This document shows positions 1 to 8,389 of a stretch of 32,000 bases of DNA, one piece after another; position 1 is the first letter of the stretch, and the number at the start of each line of letters is the position of its first letter. Made by a program: the position numbers and the translations under genes. The notes below the pieces were generated by a model. That model did not search any database and was not told the origin of the DNA. It saw only the letters and a program-made list of their open reading frames with translations. The stretch is from Candidatus Methanophagaceae archaeon GoMg2 (GTDB taxonomy: Archaea > Halobacteriota > Syntropharchaeia > Alkanophagales > Methanospirareceae): NCBI GenBank assembly GCA_013180585.1, contig QBUM01000250.1, positions 1 to 32,000 on the forward strand, read 5' to 3'.

Positions 1-55
1 AACTAGAACACAAACTAACTGAAGAACCTATTACGAAAAGAGGTTAAAGTTACAG
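1..55. repeat. Family-B repeat, copy 1, truncated by the window edge; second copy at 24010-24064
   Basis: The string aactagaacacaaactaactgaagaacctattacgaaaagaggttaaagttacag is present at both positions. Confidence 0.8.
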
Positions 56-158
56 TCAATAGCTCTGGACACAATTCATGTATTTCTATCTTCTATGACT
101 TACCAAAAGCCATCATCTCTTTATTTTTTTTCTCGTCGTGTGTTACGTTGGCGCTCAT

Positions 159-620
159 CTAACTTGAGGACACTAATTCTATTGCACCCGTGGGGCAATG
201 GTCAACACAAGCCCTGCAAAACTCCGGTGGATCAAATGCTCTCTTACACTTCGTCGCATCCACCAACCGCACTTTCCCTCCTTCGACCCTTAAAACCAGC
301 TCGTCATTATATCTGCCACCTTTACCGTATATTACATCCTCGTTCATCCGGTTCTCCTCGCATACCACAACGCATATCCCACAACCCGTGCATTTATCAT
401 CTTCTATTATCAAGCCTGTGAGTTCTTTTTCAGTAGACGGGCAAAGAATCCTTAGTTTTTCTAAATTTGTCTTATACACCGGCTCTAAGAGCAAAGGGCA
501 GTCTTCCGGCTTCGCTTCCCGTGAAATTAGTTTGGCAGCAAAGCCCATGCATATAGTTTCGCACTTCTTGCAGTTTGTCCGCGGTAATAAATTATACACT
601 TCCAATAAAGATATAGGCAT
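159..620 (-). CDS. Fe-S cluster protein: RnfB/CdhE-type N-terminal Fe-S motif plus a ferredoxin-like 4Fe-4S domain
   Basis: ORF track 159..740. The internal Met at 620 gives MPISLLEVYNLLPRTNCKKCETICMGFAAKL, followed by CTGCGICVVVC and CRACVDHCP cluster motifs. The longer N-extension is hydrophobic junk that runs into the gar1 start. Confidence 0.7.
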   Translation of the reverse strand: MPISLLEVYNLLPRTNCKKCETICMGFAAKLISREAKPEDCPLLLEPVYKTNLEKLRILCPSTEKELTGLIIEDDKCTGCGICVVVCEENRMNEDVIYGKGGRYNDELVLRVEGGKVRLVDATKCKRAFDPPEFCRACVDHCPTGAIELVSSS

Positions 621-696
621 ACTACTGATTTTGCTACTGATACATAAAAAAAAAACCGTAAACTTTATATACTCATCTTGCATATCTAAAACATTG

Positions 697-963
697 ATGA
701 AAAGAAAGGGTAAGGCACAAAGCCCGAGAATGTTGGGCACCGTGCTTCATATGGCAGATAACAAGTTGATTGTAAGGGGTGGTAAGATGAAAGCAGAGCG
801 AATAGTCAATTCCATCGTCATGACAAATGATAAAATGAAAATAGGAAGAGTTTACGATGTCTTTGGGCCTGTAAACAGACCTTACGTTAGTGTGAAGACT
901 TTTAAAGGTTTAAAAGAGAAGCAACTAAGGAAATTCATAAATAAGAAAGTTCTTGCCCTCTGA
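697..963 (+). CDS. gar1: H/ACA RNP component Gar1
   Basis: MKRKGKAQSPRMLGTVLHMADNKLIVRGG...IGRVYDVFGPVNRPYVSVK matches the archaeal Gar1 pattern (LGxVLH, DVFGPVxxPY). It is in frame within track ORF 190..963. The start could instead be 730. Confidence 0.8.
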   Translation: MKRKGKAQSPRMLGTVLHMADNKLIVRGGKMKAERIVNSIVMTNDKMKIGRVYDVFGPVNRPYVSVKTFKGLKEKQLRKFINKKVLAL

Positions 964-973
964 ACTGTAAAAA

Positions 974-1675
974 ATGCGAGAAGACACAGAGTATAAGGAA
1001 ACAAGCACATGGGAAGCAGGCAAAGTATCTGCGTCCAATAGAGAGCATTTACAGCGGCTTAGTGAACTACAGAGAAGAAAGAAATTGAGATCATCGGTCG
1101 GAAGGCAGCGTTTAGTTGCACAATCCGAGATTGAGAGATTATCTGCGTTGCTTTCCATACCCGAGGAGACGAGAGAGTACAGTATGGGAATATACCGTGA
1201 AGCATGGGAAAAGGATTTGATCCATGGGCGTTCAATCGAGAAAATACTGGCAGCGTCTATGTACATTGCGTGCCGTAAACAGAATGTGCCAAGAACGCTT
1301 GATGAAATAGAAACGGCAACGCGAGTGGGAAAAAAGGACATAATAAAGACGTCTAAGTTATTGGCAGGCAAGCTGGGAATGAAGCTCACTCCAACATCGC
1401 CGTTGGAATATGTGGGTAGATTTTGTGACAAATTAAACTTGAGGCGGCATGTAGAGGAACGGGCGAATGAGATAATAAAAGAGGCGTTAGAACAGGATAT
1501 AACAAGTGGTAGAGGCCCTACAGGCATAGCAGCATCGGCAATTTACATAGCAGCCATCTTATGTGGCGATAGAAAGACGCAAAAAGATGTTTCCGAGGCT
1601 ACGGGCGTTACCGAAGTGACTTTACGTGTAAGATATAAAGAGATAGCGAGGAAGTTAGGGATAAAAGTAGAATAG
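974..1675 (+). CDS. tfb: TFB/TFIIB-family transcription factor with cyclin-fold core only; no Zn ribbon or B-reader
   Basis: Contains GRSIEKILAASMYIACRKQNVPRTLDEI, TSPLEYVGRFCDKLNL and TSGRGPTGIAASAIYIAAILCGDRKTQKDV..TGVTEVTLRVRYKEI, the two TFIIB cyclin repeats. At 233 aa it starts at about residue 105 of a canonical TFB. Confidence 0.85.
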   Translation: MREDTEYKETSTWEAGKVSASNREHLQRLSELQRRKKLRSSVGRQRLVAQSEIERLSALLSIPEETREYSMGIYREAWEKDLIHGRSIEKILAASMYIACRKQNVPRTLDEIETATRVGKKDIIKTSKLLAGKLGMKLTPTSPLEYVGRFCDKLNLRRHVEERANEIIKEALEQDITSGRGPTGIAASAIYIAAILCGDRKTQKDVSEATGVTEVTLRVRYKEIARKLGIKVE

Positions 1676-1682
1676 TTGATTT

Positions 1683-2405
1683 TTCATACATCACTATCTG
1701 GCTCATCTTTGACGTCTGCCGCGTAGGATACAATCCCGACAGGATTCCCACGAGAGCGGTAACCGCAACTACACCGAGTAACACTTCGGGTTTCACGATA
1801 ATTACAATTTCCGCATCAAATGTAGAGTTGGTATCCCGCGACTTATTACGTGAGCGCCAATAATGTCTAAGCTACCGCCACAAACGCTTCATATTGCGCT
1901 TATTACGCAGGATTCTATCAGAAAGGGAGAATAGATATTTCTGCTCTTCGCTCATATCGCCTTCATCACTTCAATCTCATGCGTACGTCCCATCACAGAC
2001 ATCAGCATCGGATGCCAATGGATGCGACTGCGATTGCTGCTATACCCACAGTAATACCCAGCACGGGAAGTATCGAACGGGCTTTTCTCGCCCTACGATA
2101 CGCCAGGAAGAATTTCATAGGTGTTCAGTTAAGTACGACTCAACATAAATAATGACCCATAAAATAATATAACAACGCATTTCCGAGACAGATTTACACT
2201 GATTTACAAGGAGTTGTCTTTTTTGTCTTTCATACGACTTTTTACCGTCACAGAGCAGATCGCCCAAAATCAATTAGAAGTTTGTGAGTTCCATCTGCGT
2301 TAATCTGCGTTAATCCGTGTCCATAAAATACTTTTTGTATGTCTTTTCTTTTGGTTTTGTGGGCCATATATTACTTCCGAACACACATGGGAAAAATTTA
2401 TCTTT
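1683..2405 (-). pseudogene. Degraded FtsX/MacB-type ABC permease gene, interrupted by a family-C repeat
   Basis: Fragments with stops and frameshifts on the minus strand: EIEVMKAI*, AKSRNISILPFLIESCVISAI*, and the C-terminus VAVTALVGILSGLYPTRQTSKMSQIVMYE (FtsX tail pattern GxxxGxxPAxxAxxxxPxxALRxE). The total is far shorter than a ~400-aa permease. Confidence 0.55.
2188..2322 (+). mobile_element. Family-C MITE-like element, long form (~135 bp)
   Basis: Arms are acagatttacactgatttaca ... tctgcgttaatctgcgttaatccgtgtcc. The same arms occur inverted and adjacent at 5707-5771. Confidence 0.55.
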
Positions 2406-2441
2406 CATTACACAATCATTCCGTCGCACATCCTCTTTGTT

Positions 2442-2859
2442 CTACTTGCACATGCTGCAATCTCGAGCATAATGCGTCGCCACGATTAATCGTCCTTCAC
2501 GATTCAATCCCTCTAAGATGCTCATTATTGCATTTCCCGCTTCGGTGTCCACGTTTCCTGCGGGCTCATCACCGATAACGATCCCCGAGTCGTTTGAAAA
2601 CGCCCTTGGCATCGCCACACGCTGGTGCTGCCCGCTGATCAACTCTGCGGGTTTATGGTATTTGCGGCTGCCAAGCCCTACCTTTACGAGTAGTTCCGCC
2701 GCTTTCTCCAACCTCGCTTCTCGATCCACACCCGCGAAGAAGCGGGGGAGTGCACATTTTCTTTTAACGTATGGACGAGATTAAACTGCTTTGAAGTGCT
2801 TGAACCCCCATCTGGTATATCTTGCTTAAGTCATCGGTGCGGATCATACTTTTCGTCAT
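2442..2859 (-). pseudogene. ABC transporter ATP-binding protein (LolD/MacB-like, COG1136 type) with an internal deletion removing Walker A
   Basis: The N-terminus MTKSMIRTDDLSKIYQMGVQALQSSLISSIR* stops early. The downstream frame has LISGQHQRVAMPRAFSNDSGIVIGDEPAGNVDTEAGNAIM, a degenerate LSGGQ/Walker B region. No GxxGxGKS motif is present. Confidence 0.7.
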
Positions 2860-2867
2860 CCCCGCTT

Positions 2868-3652
2868 TCACTTTAGCGCATCCCGCTGCAACACCGCGGC
2901 AAGGGATATGATTACAAGCAAAGCACCGAAGAAGATTGTATTCGGTAACTCACCGTTCTGCTGCTCCTTTAGTTCTATATGCACCTCGTAACCCGTAACT
3001 TCACGTCGTTTATCAGTATCACTATCCCGAAACACCAGTTAAAATGTATTCTGACAGTGCCATAGTTCAGGTCACTGGTATATACCTCAAAAGAAGCAGA
3101 AAAGAGTTCTCTTACCCCCATGTCACCATTGAAATATTCAGAAGGCAGTACTCTGAGTCATTCCGTCGCAACAAGTATCACAGATACCGCTTTAAAATAC
3201 TTCGTCATACCATTCCACGTCAAACTATATCATTGCCACGTCCATTTTAAAGACCGATTCAGGCGCATTCACTAAGATGTGCTTCACACTTTTGCGATGT
3301 TCCTTACGACTACAGAAGATTCAAGCTCGCTGTGGTGTGTGTAATATTCCCATTCTTGTAGGGAACCTCAAAAGCGATTCTTTTGTGCGGTTTCTATTTC
3401 TGCACTTACCGCTGAAGTTATCTTGGTAGCAGATGAGTTCCCAGTAGTCGTAGTTTCCGTTTCTGACTACGGTGTATCCCTATTATTTATCGTGACTGTA
3501 ATGGAGCCAGCGTATCCGGGCATCAGGACTTCGGGCTCCACGTTAAATCAGTGATTATAACTGCAGGCCCCTCGGCAGCGGAAGCTGTTACAAGAAGCAA
3601 TACGAAGGCTACTGCAAAGAGCGTTGCAATGATCACATTCCGTTCGTTCATA
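2868..3652 (-). pseudogene. Degraded signal-peptide, C-terminal-TM surface protein (COG1361/CARDB-like), first gene of the decayed ABC operon
   Basis: MNERNVIIATLFAVAFVLLLVTASAAEGPAVIITDLTW, then a frameshift into EPEVLMPGYAGSITVTINNRDTP*. Many stops follow. The terminal fragment TIFFGALLVIISLAAVLQRDALK* lies 8 nt before the ATPase start. Confidence 0.5.
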
Positions 3653-3675
3653 GTGTTTTGATTTTGGACTCCTTA

Positions 3676-3782
3676 GAGGCTGTCCAACAATTCAAAAACG
3701 GGAGAAAAAGAGAGGTAAATAGGACTTTAAATCCAAAAAGAAGCAAAATTTTTAGTGCTAAAATCAATTGTGGGACAGCCTC
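3676..3782 (-). mobile_element. Family-D MITE-like element (~107 bp) with ~19-bp terminal inverted repeats
   Basis: gaggctgtccaacaattcaa ... tcaattgtgggacagcctc. Its reverse complement matches 5798-5902 along the full length. Confidence 0.65.
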
Positions 3783-3909
3783 CTTACGTAAACGCCGCAC
3801 ATAAAAAAGAGAGGCTTGAAATTAAGACAAAATGCAAATTCTGCCCGCAGCCGTTAGATCATTATGTATATGCTTTAAATATTTTGAGTGAGATATACTA
3901 AACAACGAA

Positions 3910-4734
3910 ATGGCAGACACACCGCAGATCAGAGATACAATGCAGGCTACGGAAAAGATAGGCTTAGCTTTTGCTTTATTGACTGCGATAATCATGCTTG
4001 GCTGGTCGCTTTATTCGTTAGTTGTGGATTTAATATTACAATTTGATATATACGGCATCGTGATTGATTCATTTTTCTTAGGAGTGGGCATCTTTTTGGG
4101 TTATTTCGCCATGCGAATGTACAAGAAAGCGACATATTACGAAAGTTTGATGGATACAGCTTTTGACCAAGGGATATATGGGCGATTGGAACCGGTACTG
4201 AGGAAAGTAGCGGAGACGCAGGTGGAGATGGAAACTTTAGAAGGTCGTTTGGGCAAGATTGACCATATGGTTCAGACGGTAATAGACGAGCAGGTGAAGA
4301 CGGAAGGCAGTCCTGGTGTAGAGGTGGTAGGAAAATCTATCGCTCCCGGGACTTCCACGAGCTTTGCGACAAAAGTTATCCTTATGGTTATGGTATCCAT
4401 GTCGGGCTTTATATTTATGATAGAGACCTCGTTTGGAATGGCTCATCTCGCAACTTTAGTCTTTTTCGTGGCGTGGTGGCTGCTCATATCATCGGAATTT
4501 AAAGTTTTTGATAAAAATACCGCATGGGTAGTGCTCTTTCTGCCCATTATTTTGGTTCCTTTTAGCTTCATGTTTCTTGGTATTGCAGGGATATTTGCAA
4601 TGAATAATTTGCTTGGCATTTTTTATGCTTGCCTTGCGCTATATGCCCTCTTATACTACTCGTGGGCGGCATATGAAACGAAAGGGACGGTGCCTTTCAA
4701 CCTCGACTTTATACGTCACATCAAGCGCAAGTGA
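3910..4734 (+). CDS. Polytopic membrane protein of unknown function: 2 TM, a coiled-coil-like loop, then ~4 TM
   Basis: Track ORF. Hydrophobic segments include IGLAFALLTAIIMLGW, VIDSFFLGVGIFLGYFAM, VILMVMVSMSGFIFMI and LVFFVAWWLLI. It lies 61 nt upstream of the cytochrome gene. Confidence 0.6.
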   Translation: MADTPQIRDTMQATEKIGLAFALLTAIIMLGWSLYSLVVDLILQFDIYGIVIDSFFLGVGIFLGYFAMRMYKKATYYESLMDTAFDQGIYGRLEPVLRKVAETQVEMETLEGRLGKIDHMVQTVIDEQVKTEGSPGVEVVGKSIAPGTSTSFATKVILMVMVSMSGFIFMIETSFGMAHLATLVFFVAWWLLISSEFKVFDKNTAWVVLFLPIILVPFSFMFLGIAGIFAMNNLLGIFYACLALYALLYYSWAAYETKGTVPFNLDFIRHIKRK

Positions 4735-4795
4735 ACGGAAAAAAAAGCGAAAAGTTTTTAAAGAGGTAGGAGACAATAGCGATACGTGGTATAAA

Positions 4796-5347
4796 ATGAA
4801 CAAGAAATTAGTAGGAGCTATTATAGCAGTAGTATTGATAGGGGTACTAATGGCAGGCTGTGTGGAGCAACCCGCACCTGAGGAGGCACACACACCAGAA
4901 CCGGTGACTACACCAAAACCGACACCAAAGCTGACACCTGTGCCAACACCAGCAATGAAACCGACAGTGGAAATGTCTGCAGGTGGTTGTGAGATGTGTC
5001 ACAAGGCGGAAATTACCGCTGATTTGAGTGCTCACGTAGAGGGCGGACAGTCATGTTTTGGTACATCACAGCTTAGTCCATGCCATAGTGCGGAGAAATA
5101 CGGAGGGGCTGATGCTGACGTGCATACCGTTCATCCTCCTGAGGTGACGTGCAGGCAATGTCACATGGTAGAAGGGAATTTAGTAATTCCAGAAACAGGG
5201 AAATACTCAAGTTGTGAAGCCTGCCATGGATATCCAAATCCGCTTGATCCAAGTAATGGACGTCTTGTAGAGATACACCTGGATAGAGGCAGAGACTGCA
5301 CAGTTTGCCACGTTGGAGAGATTTCGCAGATACATGGGTTGTCATAG
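4796..5347 (+). CDS. Lipoprotein-type multihaem c-type cytochrome with 4 CxxCH and one C-x8-CH
   Basis: MNKKLVGAIIAVVLIGVLMAGC forms a lipobox, followed by a Pro/Thr-rich linker. Haem motifs are CEMCH, CRQCH, CEACH and CTVCH. An aggag sequence lies upstream. The part of track ORF 4613.. before this Met overlaps the previous gene. Confidence 0.85.
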   Translation: MNKKLVGAIIAVVLIGVLMAGCVEQPAPEEAHTPEPVTTPKPTPKLTPVPTPAMKPTVEMSAGGCEMCHKAEITADLSAHVEGGQSCFGTSQLSPCHSAEKYGGADADVHTVHPPEVTCRQCHMVEGNLVIPETGKYSSCEACHGYPNPLDPSNGRLVEIHLDRGRDCTVCHVGEISQIHGLS

Positions 5348-5403
5348 GACAGCCCACTTTTTTTCTCTCCCCCCCTCTTTTTTATTTATTGCTCCGAGTA
5401 TTA

Positions 5404-5646
5404 TAACCACAAGATTTTCACGAGAAACCTTTTCTTTGAACAGCTTTGCTGTTCCATTGCTTTACCTACAACTTTTTTACCTCGGTAAAAACCTTGACTA
5501 AAAACCTTCTATTGTTTTTCTTTTAGCACAAACCTTTCTTAAAAAGAAAGCTTTACCAAAGAAACAATGGTTTTCTTTTTCTAAAAAAGAAAAAGTGTTG
5601 TGTTAATCTCGTGAAATCTCGTGGTTTTACCCCTGCTATACAAATA
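5404..5646 (-). mobile_element. Family-A MITE-like element, long variant (A7)
   Basis: Ends are taaccacaagattttcacgagaa ... cttgtgttaatctcgtgaaatctcgtggttttacccctgctatacaaata. These match family-A termini; the internal ~180 bp is unrelated to other copies. Confidence 0.5.
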
Positions 5647-5706
5647 TCAATTTATTACTAAAATGGCTACAAGAAGGCATAATATTCAACTAAAATTAAT
5701 TATTGA

Positions 5707-5771
5707 CACAGATTAACGCTGATTAACGCAGAAGAAATCAAATCTGTGTAAATCCGTGTAAATCTGCGTCC
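5707..5771 (-). mobile_element. Family-C element, short form with the two arms only
   Basis: cacagattaacgctgattaacgcagaagaaatcaaatctgtgtaaatccgtgtaaatctgcgtcc. Its arms are the reverse complements of those of the 2188-2322 copy. Confidence 0.5.
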
Positions 5772-5797
5772 TAAATAGATAGAAGTTATACTTTATA

Positions 5798-5902
5798 GAG
5801 GCTGTCCCACAATTGATTTTGATCATAAAAATATCGCTTCTTTTGGGTTTAAAGCTCTATTTGTCTTTCTTTTTCTGGCATTTTGGGATTGTTGGACAAC
5901 CT
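5798..5902 (+). mobile_element. Family-D MITE-like element, copy 2
   Basis: gaggctgtcccacaattgatttt ... gggattgttggacaacct. Collinear with the reverse complement of 3676-3782. Confidence 0.65.
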
Positions 5903-5953
5903 ATATATACAATAAAAAGGAAAAGAAAGTTTGTATGTAGTCTTATTATAAAT

Positions 5954-7183
5954 TCAAACGACGAAAAAGGAAACTACCTTAGTTAAGCTTATTTGGTGGC
6001 AAATCAGGTCGAAAACAGAAGAAAGTAGCACATACTCAGTTGAAAGTTCCTTTCTGTTGCTGGCAAAAAGCCCCCACATTAACTCCCCCCTGCGAGGACT
6101 TTCTTGTGTCTCCTCTTGGGTTGATGCGGTACTACGTTCCGCTGATTTTTGTATTATGTCCCCGATAGTATCGGAAGTGGGTGATGATGGCGAGGGTTCC
6201 GGTGTTTCCTCAATGTCTTCTTCTCCCTCTGCTTGGACAAAGAATATTTTCACTATGTCGGTACCAGGAATAGTAATTTTATAAGTGCCGGGAAGTTCCT
6301 TCGACACCAAGAAATGGAGTGTTTCCGTGTTGCCACTGCCCACAGTAACCGCAGCTTCGGCTTCTTTTTTGCCGTTTATTACCAGTGCTATCCTTTCCGT
6401 CCCCTTTTCCCCCTCGTTCTTTACCGCTACCGAAATTGCAACGGGCTCGTTGGGTTTAACCTTAAATTGATCTATTTGCATGTCAGACACCACGAATTTA
6501 GACCCTTCAATTACCTCGCCTTTCGGCGGCTGCTCAGGCGATTCTTCTTTTAGCTCCTCAGGACTGCGCACGTAGAATTGTAGTTTTGCTACTTCCTCCA
6601 ACGAATCGTCAATTGACTTTACTACCCCCACATCCTCCAGGTCATCTCTATCTCCTCCGCACCCGGTTTCAAGGAGGTTTGTCATGTCATCATATGTATC
6701 ATCGTCATCATCATCAGCTACGGTACCAAAAAACGTCTTAAGAGTCTCTTTGTCGGAATCTACTTTTCGGTTTATATACGATATTCTCGCCTTGTCCAAG
6801 CGATTATATGAATATATAGCAATCTCATACCTGCCATACAGCCACCAGGATGGGATTGGCTTTGTGTACATCACGTTCACATCGTCCTCGTAAGTTCTGC
6901 GATTTACACCCATGTGGTCTATCACAACCACATGCCCTCGAGGGTCTTTTATAACATAGAACAAATCAACGATCGTGTAACCCGCGTAATTTACGTTATA
7001 CAGCTCCGTATACACTTTGATGGTATCGCCATGAGTATAACAACCATCCATGGTTGCATATCCGGTCCATGCACCTATATCGGAAACAACCTCCGCTTTC
7101 ATCGCGTCTACTGTAGTAGCAGAAAAGAGTAACAACAATAACAACGCAAAGATGGCCAAGGTGCTTCTTCCCCCTCCCTTCAT
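5954..7183 (-). CDS. Secreted acidic protein with a CARDB-like Ig domain
   Basis: Signal peptide MKGGGRSTLAIFALLLLLLFSATTVDA; poly-Asp DDDDDDTYDD; VKPNEPVAISVAVKNEGEKGTERIALVINGKK..TETLHFLVSKELPGTYKITI resembles CARDB. The C-terminus has no clear anchor. Confidence 0.7.
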   Translation of the reverse strand: MKGGGRSTLAIFALLLLLLFSATTVDAMKAEVVSDIGAWTGYATMDGCYTHGDTIKVYTELYNVNYAGYTIVDLFYVIKDPRGHVVVIDHMGVNRRTYEDDVNVMYTKPIPSWWLYGRYEIAIYSYNRLDKARISYINRKVDSDKETLKTFFGTVADDDDDDTYDDMTNLLETGCGGDRDDLEDVGVVKSIDDSLEEVAKLQFYVRSPEELKEESPEQPPKGEVIEGSKFVVSDMQIDQFKVKPNEPVAISVAVKNEGEKGTERIALVINGKKEAEAAVTVGSGNTETLHFLVSKELPGTYKITIPGTDIVKIFFVQAEGEEDIEETPEPSPSSPTSDTIGDIIQKSAERSTASTQEETQESPRRGELMWGLFASNRKELSTEYVLLSSVFDLICHQISLTKVVSFFVV

Positions 7184-7284
7184 TTCTTCACTCCATAATC
7201 TATTTCATCCAGCCCTACATAAAATTATACATTTTAATTGATTAAAAACGAATATATTTTATTTACCTCAAAGCAATATATCGA

Positions 7285-7938
7285 ATGATGAAAATCAAAT
7301 TATTTGCGTTATTTGTCATGGTATTCCTCGTTGCCGCCGCACCTTCCCCTTGTGCGGGGGATGGGGAGAGCGAGAGCGAGGTGGTTCCGCCGAATCCTAT
7401 GGGGTTCATAGGGTCGTGGCATCCCGTGCCCGAGTGTGGGCAGTGTCATGTCACGCTTCTATCCGATGGTGAGTTGCGCGCAAAGCTCGGGTCTTGCAAG
7501 TGTCATAAGGAAGCATACACCAGTGGGGGGAATATAGATATGGGGAAGATAAGAACGGTGGCGCATGGTTCAAAGATATGCGTGGATTGTCACATAGGCA
7601 GTGGAATGCTAACCAGTACGGGGGAAATACCCTGTGATGACATCCATCGTGTCCACGATGTGGGCGTAGATTGTCAGGCATGCCATGGAGAGGAGGATAA
7701 CCCGCTAATACCGGAAACAGGGAATTGCAATTTCTGCCATCTCGGGGACGGTCATTCTATTCACGGCCAGAAAACGGGCGATCTCTGCGTTGCCTGCCAT
7801 GGCGCGTTTGGATCAGAATACAAGGAAGCGGGTTACCAGATGGTAGAGGGAGTCCCGGTAGTGATAGAAGAAGAAGTGGTGAAACATCCCACAATCTTAA
7901 ATACATTGAAAGCGTTGATAAGGTTCGTAATCGAATAA
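7285..7938 (+). CDS. Secreted multihaem c-type cytochrome with 5 CxxCH and one C-x-CH
   Basis: Signal peptide MMKIKLFALFVMVFLVAAAPSPCAG. Haem motifs are CGQCH, CVDCH, CQACH, CNFCH and CVACH. Paralogous to 4796-5347 (shared LIPETG block). Confidence 0.85.
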   Translation: MMKIKLFALFVMVFLVAAAPSPCAGDGESESEVVPPNPMGFIGSWHPVPECGQCHVTLLSDGELRAKLGSCKCHKEAYTSGGNIDMGKIRTVAHGSKICVDCHIGSGMLTSTGEIPCDDIHRVHDVGVDCQACHGEEDNPLIPETGNCNFCHLGDGHSIHGQKTGDLCVACHGAFGSEYKEAGYQMVEGVPVVIEEEVVKHPTILNTLKALIRFVIE

Positions 7939-7954
7939 AAGAGTGAGTAAACAG

Positions 7955-8386
7955 ATGAGAAAAGGAACTATTGTTGCAGTTGTTACCATTAACATTTTGG
8001 TTATAACCATCCTTACGAGTTCATGTATAAACTTAGAAGACGTGCCGGTTATAAACATAAAAACTGAGGTTACTTTGATAGATGAAAAGACGACAATTGA
8101 AATTGTCAGTGCGGAACAAGATGAGACCAGTATCTTGAAAAGTCCGAAGGGTACTTCTGTCGGTTTTCCAAGCGTGGATGCAAAGGCGCTAATCAATTAT
8201 GGACATGGTGGAGTCAGCTACTGGGCGGCAAAGGAATACACGGGGAGTGGCACGTATGAGCTTGTACTCGGCTTTGAGAAGGAGAGGGTGCCAAAAAAGG
8301 ACGATATAGTGAAGGTACTCGTGCGGGTAATAGATGGAAATGGCAAGACGATAGCGAGTACTACGCGAGTGATAATCTGGGAATAA
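7955..8386 (+). CDS. Small exported or lipoprotein-like protein of unknown function in the cytochrome operon
   Basis: MRKGTIVAVVTINILVITILTSSC is an anchor or lipobox-like sequence. The track ORF starts at GTG 7943. Tightly packed between the cytochrome and ccmF. It has no CcmE haem-binding motif. Confidence 0.55.
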   Translation: MRKGTIVAVVTINILVITILTSSCINLEDVPVINIKTEVTLIDEKTTIEIVSAEQDETSILKSPKGTSVGFPSVDAKALINYGHGGVSYWAAKEYTGSGTYELVLGFEKERVPKKDDIVKVLVRVIDGNGKTIASTTRVIIWE

Positions 8387-8389
8387 AAA

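Noticed and set aside
190-963. 257-aa ORF on the plus strand
   Set aside because: Only the last ~88 codons (Gar1) look like a real protein. The first ~170 codons are low-complexity Ser/Pro/Leu sequence antisense to the Fe-S protein gene.
4613-4795. N-terminal extension of the cytochrome ORF (MAFFMLALRYMPSYTT...)
   Set aside because: It overlaps the 3' end of the preceding membrane-protein gene. A proper signal peptide and lipobox start at the Met at 4796, with an SD-like aggag upstream.
5186-5200. IPETG (also LIPETG in the 7285-7938 cytochrome) resembling a sortase LPXTG signal
   Set aside because: The motif is internal, lying between haem sites, is conserved as part of the cytochrome fold, and is not followed by a TM helix or basic tail.
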